A stretch of 40,571 nucleotides of DNA. Source: Deltaproteobacteria bacterium (GTDB taxonomy: Bacteria; Desulfobacterota; Dissulfuribacteria; Dissulfuribacterales; UBA3076). Shown here one piece after another: positions 1 to 7,450 of the stretch. The notes under the pieces are model-generated. The model did no database searches. It was not told where the DNA came from and saw nothing but the letters and a program-made list of their open reading frames with translations. The stretch spans positions 1 to 40,571 of the forward strand of contig JAUWGF010000001.1 of NCBI GenBank assembly GCA_030606515.1, in the 5' to 3' direction. How positions within the stretch are numbered: the stretch's first letter is position 1; the number at the start of each line of letters is the position of its first letter. The translations under genes and the position numbers were made by a program.

Positions 1-52
1 GGTAAACCCTGAACCCTAACCTCTGAACCTCTGAACCCGTGAACGCTTACGG
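1..52. repeat. Simple-sequence tract (CCCTGAA-like units) ending in GTGAACGCTTAC. It is the truncated edge of the dispersed repeat family.
   Basis: Units read ccctgaa / ccctaa / cctctgaa x2 / cccgtgaa. The terminal gtgaacgcttac (39-50) resembles gtgaacgtttac at 1644-1655 and its reverse complement at 24979-24997. The same unit class is tandemly duplicated at 15691-15718. Confidence 0.55.
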
Positions 53-75
53 ATGCCAAAAAAACCTGCATTTTA

Positions 76-105
76 TTGACAGCATCTATATTAGCCTGTT
101 AATAA
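76..105 (+). promoter_or_regulatory. Candidate sigma-70 promoter for the riboswitch-cbiK transcript
   Basis: TTGACA at 76-81, then a 17-18 nt spacer, then TTAATA/TAATAA at 99-105. It lies just upstream of the first riboswitch helix. Confidence 0.35.
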
Positions 106-107
106 CA

Positions 108-394
108 AGTCAGGTACCATCGGGTTTAAAAGGGAAGACGGTGTAAATCCGTCGCGGTCCCGCCGCTGTAACCGGGGACGAACGCCGCATAAGACCACTG
201 CCCTGCCCAAGCAGGGTGGGAAGGTGCGGCAAGTAGGTAGATCCGGGAGCCAGAAGACCTGCCTGAATACCATACTGCAGCCCCAGCGAAGGACAGGGTG
301 CTGTAAGGGCCGGAGGATATTCTCCGCGCCGGCTTGAGGATAAAGAAACTGGGTGCAATCCTTAAGTCCTTAACGGACTTAAGGATTTTTTTTG
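108..394 (+). promoter_or_regulatory. Cobalamin (B12) riboswitch with a terminator expression platform
   Basis: Conserved core aaaagggaagacggtgtaaatccgtcgcggtcccgccgctgtaacc, then gaccactgccc...gggtgggaaggtg, and the B12 box gggagccagaagacctgcc (245-263). It is followed by an intrinsic terminator hairpin and lies directly upstream of a cobaltochelatase gene. Confidence 0.85.
358..394 (+). terminator. Intrinsic terminator (riboswitch OFF structure)
   Basis: Perfect 12-bp stem atccttaagtcc (358-369) / ggacttaaggat (375-386), loop ttaac, followed by a T8 run at 387-394. Confidence 0.7.
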
Positions 395-425
395 TTAAAA
401 ACAAGCTGAGAGGAGGAATTTGTTC

Positions 426-1307
426 ATGCAATCACAAAAAACCGTTGTTTTATTGGTGCTTGTCTTCATCCTGGCGTCATTTGCAAGTGCCTTTGCAGGT
501 GAACACAGAGATGCAAGACCTCAGAAAAAGGGAATCCTGTTAGTGGGATTTGGCAGTAGTGTACCTCAGGCCCAGGTCTCTTTTGAAAACATAGACAAAA
601 AAGTCAAAGAGGCATTTCCTGAAATACCCGTTCGTTGGGCCTATACTTCCGCGATTATCCGTCACAAAATGGCCAAGGAAGGAAAACAGATGGATTCTGT
701 CGAGGTAGCACTGGCCAAAATGATGGATGAGGGATTCACCCATGTGGCTGTGCAGTCTCTGCACACCATTGGGGGAGAGGAATACCATGACTTGTACAGA
801 AACGCCCATGCCTTCAGCGACATGGCAGGAGGCTTCCAGCGGATACTTGTTGGTTATCCCCTGCTTGCAAAGCATGAAGACCTGGTCCGAGTGTCAGAAG
901 CAATGATCAGCCATATTCCGCCGGAGAGAAAAAAAGACGAGGCAGTCGTCTTTATGGGTCACGGGACCCCCCATCCGGCTAATGCCTTTTACGAAGCCAT
1001 GATGTTCGAGTTCCAACTCAAGGACCCGAACATCTTTGTGGGGACCGTTGAAGGGTATCCGGACATTGAGGATATCAAGGCCATGCTCCTGTCAAAAGGG
1101 ATCAAGAAGGCCTATCTCATTCCTTTCATGTCAGTAGCGGGTGACCACGCCCGAAACGACATGGCAGGTGACGAACCGGATTCCTGGAAATCCATCCTGA
1201 CTAAAGCTGGTATTACTTCCGTGCCGATACTCAAGGGAACGGCAGAGTATGATGACATTGTTGATATCTGGGTCGACCACTTAAAGGGAGTTATGTCACA
1301 CTTTTAG
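426..1307 (+). CDS. cbiK: Sirohydrochlorin cobaltochelatase CbiK with an N-terminal signal peptide (periplasmic type)
   Basis: Translation has CbiK-like features (GILLVGFGSS, FMGHGTPHPANAFY, SVAGDHA). The N-terminus MQSQKTVVLLVLVFILASFASAFA|GEH looks like a Sec signal with an AFA cleavage site. SD gagaggagga sits at 408-417. The track start at 420 is TTG, and the ATG at 426 is preferred. Confidence 0.8.
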   Translation: MQSQKTVVLLVLVFILASFASAFAGEHRDARPQKKGILLVGFGSSVPQAQVSFENIDKKVKEAFPEIPVRWAYTSAIIRHKMAKEGKQMDSVEVALAKMMDEGFTHVAVQSLHTIGGEEYHDLYRNAHAFSDMAGGFQRILVGYPLLAKHEDLVRVSEAMISHIPPERKKDEAVVFMGHGTPHPANAFYEAMMFEFQLKDPNIFVGTVEGYPDIEDIKAMLLSKGIKKAYLIPFMSVAGDHARNDMAGDEPDSWKSILTKAGITSVPILKGTAEYDDIVDIWVDHLKGVMSHF

Positions 1308-1394
1308 TTTTTCTGACCATAAAGGTCTGTCACGAAATAAACGGCAATTACAGGAAGGTATCAGCAATCATAAATCGACAGGGGTGGGGCCTCA

Positions 1395-1673
1395 TAAGCG
1401 CTAAGTTATTTTTGCACCGGATGGACTAATGAACATCGAACATCGAACGTCCAACATCGAATGCTGAATGGGAAAAAAGAACTTTATAAGCTTCGTATCT
1501 CATTAAAGGAACTTAGAGAGACCCAGAGATGGTTAAAACTCATTCAGCGTGTACCGTTGAATATTCGGTATTGGATATTCGTTTTTCATTCGACGTTGGA
1601 CGTTCGATGTTCGATGTTCGACGTTCATTTTTCAATGTAACCTGTGAACGTTTACAAAACAACTTAGCGCTTA
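1395..1673 (+). repeat. Palindromic heptamer-armed cassette, copy A (contains a C-terminal relic of a four-helix-bundle ORF)
   Basis: The left arm (1431-1472) is six tandem heptamers: GAACATC GAACATC GAACGTC CAACATC GAATGCT GAATGGG. The right arm (1591-1626) is its inverted complement. A perfect 13-bp outer inverted repeat taagcgctaagtt (1395-1407) / aacttagcgctta (1661-1673) is flanked by a direct 13-mer gggtggggcctca (1382-1394 and 1676-1688). Confidence 0.7.
1461..1640 (+). pseudogene. Relic of a four-helix-bundle (23S rRNA IVS-type, PF05635-like) protein gene; only the C-terminal helix remains
   Basis: A 59-codon frame reads MLNGKKELYKLRISLKELRETQRWLKLIQRVPLNI..., then runs into the repeat arm. 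The segment SLKELRETxxWL is the signature helix I recall for this family. The N-terminal roughly 80 aa are missing. Confidence 0.45.
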
Positions 1674-1812
1674 AAGGGTGGGGCCTCACAGGCCTTTCCC
1701 TGTCACATCACCTTGCGTATTGGTCCGTACACGGCGGTTCGGCTGGTTGAGCATCGGCTCAAGGCAAGCCTAAGGGGGATTTTCTTCAATTTCTGATTGA
1801 CTGGCTGTAATC

Positions 1813-1840
1813 AGTAATTATTATTTTAATAATAATTACT
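1813..1840. promoter_or_regulatory. 28-bp AT-rich palindrome, a candidate operator upstream of the 113-aa ORF
   Basis: agtaattattatt-tt-aataataattact has 13/13 complementary arms around a 2-nt centre. It lies 40 nt upstream of the ATG at 1880. Confidence 0.4.
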
Positions 1841-1879
1841 TTTTCAAAATATACCTATTGCGGAGAGGAGAAAAGACCT

Positions 1880-2221
1880 ATGATCCCCATTATTTGTCGT
1901 CTTGAAGACTTGATTCAGATGGCCCAAGAAGGAAAGAAGGTAGAGGGAGATGTTGTCCTCCACAAGATACCTATTAGTCTAAAGATACATCCGGAGGCAG
2001 GAATAACCGAAGACCAGGAGGCTTTCTTGCTCAATGCTGCATATCGTTTTCATGCAAAAGGCATGACTTATTCAGTTAGCAAGAATTATGTCACGGTCTT
2101 ACCTACCGCGTCCGTGGATGTTGCTCATAGCAATCGCGCCATCGCAAATGACCGTCTCAAGGCAGACTATAAACGCTTGAGTACTGCGGGCATATCAGTG
2201 GAAGAAAAGTATTTCGAGTAG
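1880..2221 (+). CDS. Hypothetical protein (113 aa), no family recognised
   Basis: Clean ORF with a strong SD (ggagaggag) 6-8 nt upstream of the ATG. No motif recognised. Confidence 0.5.
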   Translation: MIPIICRLEDLIQMAQEGKKVEGDVVLHKIPISLKIHPEAGITEDQEAFLLNAAYRFHAKGMTYSVSKNYVTVLPTASVDVAHSNRAIANDRLKADYKRLSTAGISVEEKYFE

Positions 2222-2311
2222 TCACACAAAGCCTGGAAGCCAGCTGCCTGCTCAGGTCCATACAGCTCGAAATAAATTAAGGAATTAACAACCATCCTCT
2301 CAATTCCTAAA

Positions 2312-4117
2312 TTAGAATCTATTAAGTTCTTCTATCTTTTTTGCCTGGGCCTTTCTGTATTCCTTCAACTTCCTTGCAAGGTCCTGGTCTTCCAGTGCCA
2401 GGATCTGAAGTGCCAACAAGGCGGCATTTTTTGCCCCGGCTTCTCCTATTGCCATGGTTGCAACCGGGACACCAGGGGGCATCTGGGCAGTGGAAAGCAA
2501 GGCATCAAGTCCATTCAAAGCCGAACTGTCCACCGGCACCCCTATTACAGGAAGGATCGTATTAGCTGCCAGGCTGCCGGCCAGGTGTGCCGCCATTCCG
2601 GCGCCGGCTATCAAGACCTTTATTCCTCTGGTTTCTGCCTCCCTGGCATATGATGCAGTAAGTTCCGGGGAGCGATGGGCTGAAGCAACCTTCAACTCAC
2701 ATGCTATATCAAACTCATTCAGAATATCCCGGGCCGCTTCCATAACCTCCTTGTCACTGAGGCTTCCCATGACAATGCCTACCTTGGCAGAGCTGCCGGA
2801 ATGCGGGGAAACCGGCGTGCTGGTCGCACCGGACGTGTATCTGAGGGCCTTTTGACCAATATCCCTTCTATAATGCATCCCCTCCCAGGAGATTTGTCCA
2901 ACTGCTTCATATACAAGGTCTATTGCCTCTGAAACGGTATTCCCAAGTGCCGTAACCCCAAGGACTCTTCCGCCGGATGTGACGAATCGGTCTCCATCCT
3001 TGGCGGTCCCTGCGTGAAAAACCATTACGTCCTGCATCTCAGCCACTTTTTCAAGACCGTGGATGACCTTGCCTGTCTCATAGCTTCCAGGATAGCCTCC
3101 GGAGGCCAGGACAACGCAAATAGCAGCCCTTGGATCCCACTCAAGTTTGACTTCATTCAGCCTGCCTTCAATTGCTGCCTCAAATATCTCCATCAGGTCA
3201 GTGCGGAGTCGCATCAGGATCGGCTGGGCCTCAGGATCACCGAACCGGCAGTTAAATTCCAAGACCTCAAACATACCGTCTTTAATTATTAGGCCACCAT
3301 AAAGCACTCCCTGATAGGGCCTTTTTGCCCTTGCCATAGCTTCCACAGTGGGCCTCATAACCGTATCCATGATATCGTCAAACAGGCCACTGCTTACCAC
3401 CGGGGCTGGGGAGTAAGCACCCATACCGCCGGTATTAGGCCCCTGGTCATTATCAAATATGGGCTTATGGTCCTGGGAAGTGGCAAGAGGAAGGACAGTT
3501 GTTCCGTCGGTTATAGCCATGAAGGAGGCCTCTTCCCCGGTGAGAAATTCCTCTACTATCAGACGATTGCCCGCTTCACCAAAGGCCTTTTTGCAAAGAA
3601 TGAGATCTATTGCCTCCTCCGCCTCAGCCAGGGAATGAGCGAGCAACACCCCCTTGCCGGCTGCCAGCCCGTCTGCCTTTATTGCAATTGGCACTCCAAC
3701 TACGTTCTTGATATAATCAAAGGCGGCATCCGGCTCGGTAAAGACCTTGTAGGCCCCTGTTCGTATACCTGCCTCAGTGAGTAAGTCTTTTGAAAATACC
3801 TTACTTGCCTCGATCTCAGCAGCCGCTTTAGTGGGTCCGAATACTGCAAGTCCCTGTTCGTTGAATCTGTCTACCAGACCTTCAGCCAGAGGGGCTTCCG
3901 GGCCTACTAAGGTTATATCGATACCCTCCTTTTTAACAAATGATACAAGACCATTAATGTCAGAGACCTTTAAAGGTACACAGACGGCATGTTGACTTAT
4001 GCCGGCATTTCCGGGAGCACAGAATACTCTGGAAATTCTGGGACTGGACGCCAGCTTCCAGCAAAGAACGTGTTCGCGTCCTCCGGAACCCACGACTAAT
4101 ATTTTCTTCTTATCCAT
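2312..4117 (-). CDS. purD: Bifunctional PurD-PurE fusion (phosphoribosylamine-glycine ligase plus N5-CAIR mutase domain)
   Basis: The N-terminal roughly 425 aa are PurD-like ([15 protein letters not shown]-grasp region, ...[12 protein letters not shown]). A Ser/Thr/Pro linker ([18 protein letters not shown]) follows. The C-terminal region is PurE-like ([28 protein letters not shown]). The start is set at ATG 4117 (SD ggagaaggag), and the GTG-initiated extension to 4231 is rejected. Confidence 0.85.
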   Translation of the reverse strand: MDKKKILVVGSGGREHVLCWKLASSPRISRVFCAPGNAGISQHAVCVPLKVSDINGLVSFVKKEGIDITLVGPEAPLAEGLVDRFNEQGLAVFGPTKAAAEIEASKVFSKDLLTEAGIRTGAYKVFTEPDAAFDYIKNVVGVPIAIKADGLAAGKGVLLAHSLAEAEEAIDLILCKKAFGEAGNRLIVEEFLTGEEASFMAITDGTTVLPLATSQDHKPIFDNDQGPNTGGMGAYSPAPVVSSGLFDDIMDTVMRPTVEAMARAKRPYQGVLYGGLIIKDGMFEVLEFNCRFGDPEAQPILMRLRTDLMEIFEAAIEGRLNEVKLEWDPRAAICVVLASGGYPGSYETGKVIHGLEKVAEMQDVMVFHAGTAKDGDRFVTSGGRVLGVTALGNTVSEAIDLVYEAVGQISWEGMHYRRDIGQKALRYTSGATSTPVSPHSGSSAKVGIVMGSLSDKEVMEAARDILNEFDIACELKVASAHRSPELTASYAREAETRGIKVLIAGAGMAAHLAGSLAANTILPVIGVPVDSSALNGLDALLSTAQMPPGVPVATMAIGEAGAKNAALLALQILALEDQDLARKLKEYRKAQAKKIEELNRF

Positions 4118-4160
4118 AATCTCCTTCTCCCCATGTTTATTCTCAGAACAAGGCAGGCTC

Positions 4161-4188
4161 AACCTACCATCTGATGTAAAGGTGTCAA
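4161..4188 (-). promoter_or_regulatory. Candidate sigma-70 promoter for purD-purE
   Basis: On the minus strand, TTGACA (4188..4183), then 16 nt, then TAGGTT (4166..4161), about 45 nt upstream of ATG 4117. This position argues against the longer ORF start. Confidence 0.3.
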
Positions 4189-4258
4189 CGCCTGTTCTGA
4201 TGATCCGATGCCTGATTTTCGAGACAGTCACAATCTACGTGGTATAATGCCTGGGTAA

Positions 4259-4497
4259 GCACCGGATGGACTAATGAACATCGAACATCGAACGTCCAAC
4301 ATCGAATGTTGAATGGGAAAAGATGAAGAAACAGACTTATGACCTGGAAGAAAGGCTGCTAATTAAACGTCTCGGAAATTCTACAACTCATTGAATTTAC
4401 AGAGGGTTGTTGAGGCTTGGATTTTTGCCCCGAATCTGGAATAATGGAATAGTTCGATTTTCGATGTTCATCTTTCAAAACACTGATAGTAAACGTT
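4259..4497 (+). repeat. Palindromic heptamer-armed cassette, copy B (contains an N-terminal relic of the four-helix-bundle ORF)
   Basis: gcaccggatggactaatgaacatcgaacatcgaacgtccaacatcgaatg is nearly identical to copy A 1414-1463. A degenerate right arm agttcgattttcgatgttcat sits at 4451-4471, with the terminal gtaaacgtt at 4489-4497. Confidence 0.7.
4323..4394 (+). pseudogene. N-terminal relic of the four-helix-bundle protein gene (frameshifted and truncated)
   Basis: MKKQTYDLEERLLIKRLGNSTTH*. The xYDLEERLL N-terminus is as I recall for the family. The +2 frame continues VSEILQLIEFTEG, consistent with a frameshift followed by a deletion. Confidence 0.4.
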
Positions 4498-4524
4498 AAG
4501 TGAAAGGGAAAAGGGAAAAGGGAA

Positions 4525-5271
4525 ATGTACGCAGAATTGAAAAAAGCGCTGAATGATATAGCTGCAGAAAATGGTCTCATGGAAAGTGAAGTGAATATCA
4601 CGGCGAAAATCCTGACACCTGAAGAAGCCATAGGCAAGACAGAAAGGAAGGATTTCCCTCTGCTTCAAGGCAAAGAGTCTTTAATCCAGGCGGATTTCAA
4701 AAAAGCCTTGGGACAGGCCTTCACTGACATCCCAAGGTCTTTCAGGGGCAAACTCAAGGAAATACTCAAATTAAGATTAATGGATAACGGCGAGAGAGCG
4801 CTCTTCGTCGCTTCGCTGAACGCGCTGATGCGATACGCGGGTATAGTTAACGGCACTATTCACTGCAAGGACAAGGAGCCTGAATTATGTGCCAAGGAAA
4901 TGGTCAGAGCAGTCATCGATAAATACGGTTCTGATGTCAGGATCGGAATTGTTGGCTTCCAGCCTGCAATAATAGATAATTTCTCCAGCAGGTTATCTGC
5001 GGAAAATCTGAAAGTAACAGACCTTGATAGAGATAATATTAATAGAATAAAATATGGGGTGTCTATCTGGGATGGCAAAGAAATGACAGAAGAACTCTTT
5101 AAGGCCTGCGACGTCATCCTGGCAACAGGCTCAACAATAGTAAATGATTCCCTGTCTCAATTGATTTCTCTTTCAGACAAATATCAAAAGCCACTTTATC
5201 TCTATGGTACAACAATCGCCGGAGCCGGCATGATTTTGAACTTGAAAAGACTATGCTTTCAAGCTTCTTAA
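4525..5271 (+). CDS. DUF364/DUF4213-type Rossmann-like protein (putative heavy-metal chelation domain family)
   Basis: RIGIVGFQPAIIDNF ... ACDVILATGSTIVNDSLSQLI ... LYGTTIAGAG matches my recollection of PF04016 architecture. The ATG is preceded by (AAAGGGA)x3. Confidence 0.55.
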   Translation: MYAELKKALNDIAAENGLMESEVNITAKILTPEEAIGKTERKDFPLLQGKESLIQADFKKALGQAFTDIPRSFRGKLKEILKLRLMDNGERALFVASLNALMRYAGIVNGTIHCKDKEPELCAKEMVRAVIDKYGSDVRIGIVGFQPAIIDNFSSRLSAENLKVTDLDRDNINRIKYGVSIWDGKEMTEELFKACDVILATGSTIVNDSLSQLISLSDKYQKPLYLYGTTIAGAGMILNLKRLCFQAS

Positions 5272-5385
5272 GCAGACATGCATTTTGGTAATCATACTGA
5301 CTCTCCCGGGCCAAAGGGCCTGGAAAAAAATAATAAGGATGCCTATTTGTAGGCGTTCACAGGTTCATATTTCACCGTTAAGGCA

Positions 5386-5677
5386 CTAATTATTACCCGG
5401 GTTCATGTTTCCAATACCTTTATCACCCCTGGTACTTACGAGCACATCAAACTCTCCGGTATTCTCTAAATTGATTACGCTGAAAAAAGTCCCTTTTTAG
5501 CCACTGACTCGAAATAGCTATATAAGTTTCGTATGCGTAACTTATATATTACGAATATGTTTATGTTATAGCTTTGGATCGACTCCGACTTTTTGCAGTG
5601 TAATCTAAATTGGCTTTCAAAAAGAAACATAAATCCTTTTCATCATCGATTAATAGTATCCTCTTCTTTTCCGCCAT
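5386..5677 (-). pseudogene. Response-regulator receiver gene, interrupted by a MITE and truncated
   Basis: Minus-strand ATG at 5677, 16 nt after the kinase stop, with SD aagggga. It reads MAEKKRILLIDDEKDLCFFLKANL, then the 133-bp insertion. The frame resumes at 5466 as ENTGEFDVLVSTRGDKGIGNMNPGNN* (stop 5388..5386). Only about 50 of the roughly 120 REC residues remain. Confidence 0.6.
5473..5605. mobile_element. 133-bp MITE-like element with 19-bp terminal inverted repeats and a 6-bp target-site duplication
   Basis: The left TIR is GATTACGCTGAAAAAAGTC (5473-5491). The right TIR, read as its reverse complement, is GATTACACTGCAAAAAGTC (5587-5605), giving 17/19 identity. The flanking direct repeat is TAAATT (5467-5472 and 5606-5611). 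Removing the element plus one TAAATT restores the REC reading frame (..KANLENTGEF..). No internal ORF. Confidence 0.65.
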
Positions 5678-5693
5678 ATTGTTCCCCTTTGAC

Positions 5694-7298
5694 CTAATTG
5701 TTTCCTAATTGCAGATTAATAATAAACTTTGTGCCTTTATTTACCTCGCTCTCTACTTCAATAGATCCCTTATGTCTATCTATAATTAAATGTGCCAAGC
5801 TGAGACCAAGACCCGTCCCCTTTTCTGCGTCCTTTGTAGTGAAAAAAGGCTCAAATATTTTCAGTAACAAATCTTCAGGAATGCCCTCGCCGCTATCCTC
5901 AATTTCAACCACAGCCATCTTATCACCTATCTTAAAGTAATCATCCCCTCTCCTGCCTACTTTATTGTTTAACTTCGATGCTAACTTACAAAAGACATTT
6001 ACTTTAATCTCGCCTCTCTCTTGTATGGTATCGACAGCATTGTTCAATAGATTAACAACTACCTGCTGAAGCATGTTCTTGTCAGCTTTACATTTTACTG
6101 GTTCTTTTGGATAATTTCGGTTTATTTTTATTTTTTTCAAATTCTCACTACGCTCAACCAAGCTTATTGTGTTATCTAATAATTCACAAATATCTACAGA
6201 TTCAAATTTAAGTTCGGCCTTTCTTGAAAATTGTAGAATATCAACAATAATTTTGTTTGCCCTACCTACAGCCTGTTTTATGATTTTAATAGATCCTGCA
6301 CATTGTTCATCTTTCTCTGACAAAGTATTATCAAGATACTCTACACCCATCAAAATAATACCCAGGGGATTTCTAATTTGATGAGCAACTCCAGATGTCA
6401 AACGCCCTATAGCTGCCATTTTTTCATTCTGTATTAACTGATCATGGGTTTCCTTAAGTTCATTATATGCCTTTTTTAAATCCTGTTCTGCTTTCTTAGG
6501 CCCAGTAATATTTTTTGATATTACTGAAACAGCTATTACATTCTTAGTATCAGGTTCTTTAATTGGACCAAGCGTTTTCATAAACCATTTGTCATATTTT
6601 TTGCTGTAAGATTCATAGTCTGTGGTTGTACCAGTTTCAAAAACTCTATTTACATTCTTGGCAAAATTTTTCGTTTCTTCTGTTGCATGAAATGCGTCAA
6701 ATGTCTTGCCCAAAACTTGGCTCCTTAATAGGCCAAATTGAGACAACAACATATCGTTTACAAAAAGATATTTACACTCTTTATCTACTATGTAGATTAA
6801 ATCACTTGTAGATTCCACGAGAGAACGATATTTTTCCTCGGATTTTCGCACTTTCATTTCTTCTTTAACTTTTCCCTCGCTGATAAGTGCGATAACATAA
6901 GCTAATAATATGAAAACTCCCGCCCTCTCAATGGTTCCTACTATAAGAGTTCCAAGAGCAGAATATGCTAAATATATATGAAAACAACCTAAAAAAACTG
7001 CCAGCGGGATGACTTTTTTTCTATACCATATAGCTGTCAGTATAATTGGGATATAGAATATGTTGGTATATAGAATCTGTAAGCTGAAATAATTAAGGAG
7101 GGTATTAAACTCTTGAGCTGTGTAAACATCAGCATAATCAATTTTTGCTCTCGTAACAAAATTAAAGTAATAACCTCCTATAATACATAAAAATATTGTA
7201 AAAAGCAATATAATACTCCGACTCCCTCTGGATTTTGTAAATCCTTCCATCATGAATATTTTGGGTAAACGAAGTCCCTGCCGAGCACTTAAATTCAT
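5694..7298 (-). CDS. Membrane sensor histidine kinase (multi-TM N-terminus, PAS, HisKA, HATPase_c)
   Basis: H-box SGVAHQIRNPL, N-box VVNLLNNAVD, G-boxes EDSGEGIP and GTGLGLS. A PAS-like segment (YRSLVESTSDLIYIVDKECKYLFVN) and 5-6 hydrophobic helices sit at the N-terminus. The start may be the internal MM at codons 16-17. Confidence 0.85.
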   Translation of the reverse strand: MNLSARQGLRLPKIFMMEGFTKSRGSRSIILLFTIFLCIIGGYYFNFVTRAKIDYADVYTAQEFNTLLNYFSLQILYTNIFYIPIILTAIWYRKKVIPLAVFLGCFHIYLAYSALGTLIVGTIERAGVFILLAYVIALISEGKVKEEMKVRKSEEKYRSLVESTSDLIYIVDKECKYLFVNDMLLSQFGLLRSQVLGKTFDAFHATEETKNFAKNVNRVFETGTTTDYESYSKKYDKWFMKTLGPIKEPDTKNVIAVSVISKNITGPKKAEQDLKKAYNELKETHDQLIQNEKMAAIGRLTSGVAHQIRNPLGIILMGVEYLDNTLSEKDEQCAGSIKIIKQAVGRANKIIVDILQFSRKAELKFESVDICELLDNTISLVERSENLKKIKINRNYPKEPVKCKADKNMLQQVVVNLLNNAVDTIQERGEIKVNVFCKLASKLNNKVGRRGDDYFKIGDKMAVVEIEDSGEGIPEDLLLKIFEPFFTTKDAEKGTGLGLSLAHLIIDRHKGSIEVESEVNKGTKFIINLQLGNN

Positions 7299-7423
7299 TA
7301 TATTTGTGTTCCTCTTGTGGATTGGTTTATTATGAATGCTGCAAAGTTGCCGGGATGAATGTCAATCCCACAATTCATTTTCCTCATTCATTCCGCGATA
7401 CTCAATCGAAGAACCTCTTTTTC

Positions 7424-7450
7424 TTATCGAAAAATTTTATGGAATAGTTA
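7424..7450 (-). promoter_or_regulatory. Weak sigma-28-like promoter candidate upstream of the kinase
   Basis: Minus strand TAAC (7450..7447), N15, TTCGATAA (7431..7424), about 125 nt upstream of the kinase start. It has two mismatches to the GCCGATAA consensus. Confidence 0.2.

Noticed and set aside
91-431. Three overlapping minus-strand ORFs (60-101 aa) and a plus-strand 69-aa ORF (334-543)
   Set aside because: They lie on the cobalamin riboswitch, its terminator and the cbiK 5' end. The GC-rich structured RNA explains the open frames, and they have no SD or recognisable motifs.
1431-1472. Possible CRISPR array, considered because of the short tandem repeats (also at 14153-14180, 15691-15718 and 24963-24982)
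   Set aside because: The units are 5-7 nt and directly abutting, with no spacers. No 24-48-nt repeats, leader or cas genes are present.
1529-1750. 73-aa plus-strand ORF
   Set aside because: It runs through the heptamer right arm and terminal repeats of cassette copy A, and the peptide is repeat-derived (FDVGRSMFDVRRS). The same applies to ORFs 24917-25129 (minus) and 25002-25244 (plus) in copy C.
4118-4231. 38-codon N-terminal extension of the purD-purE ORF (GTG at 4231)
   Set aside because: The PurD homology starts at [16 protein letters not shown], which has a strong SD. A TTGACA/TAGGTT promoter candidate lies inside the extension.
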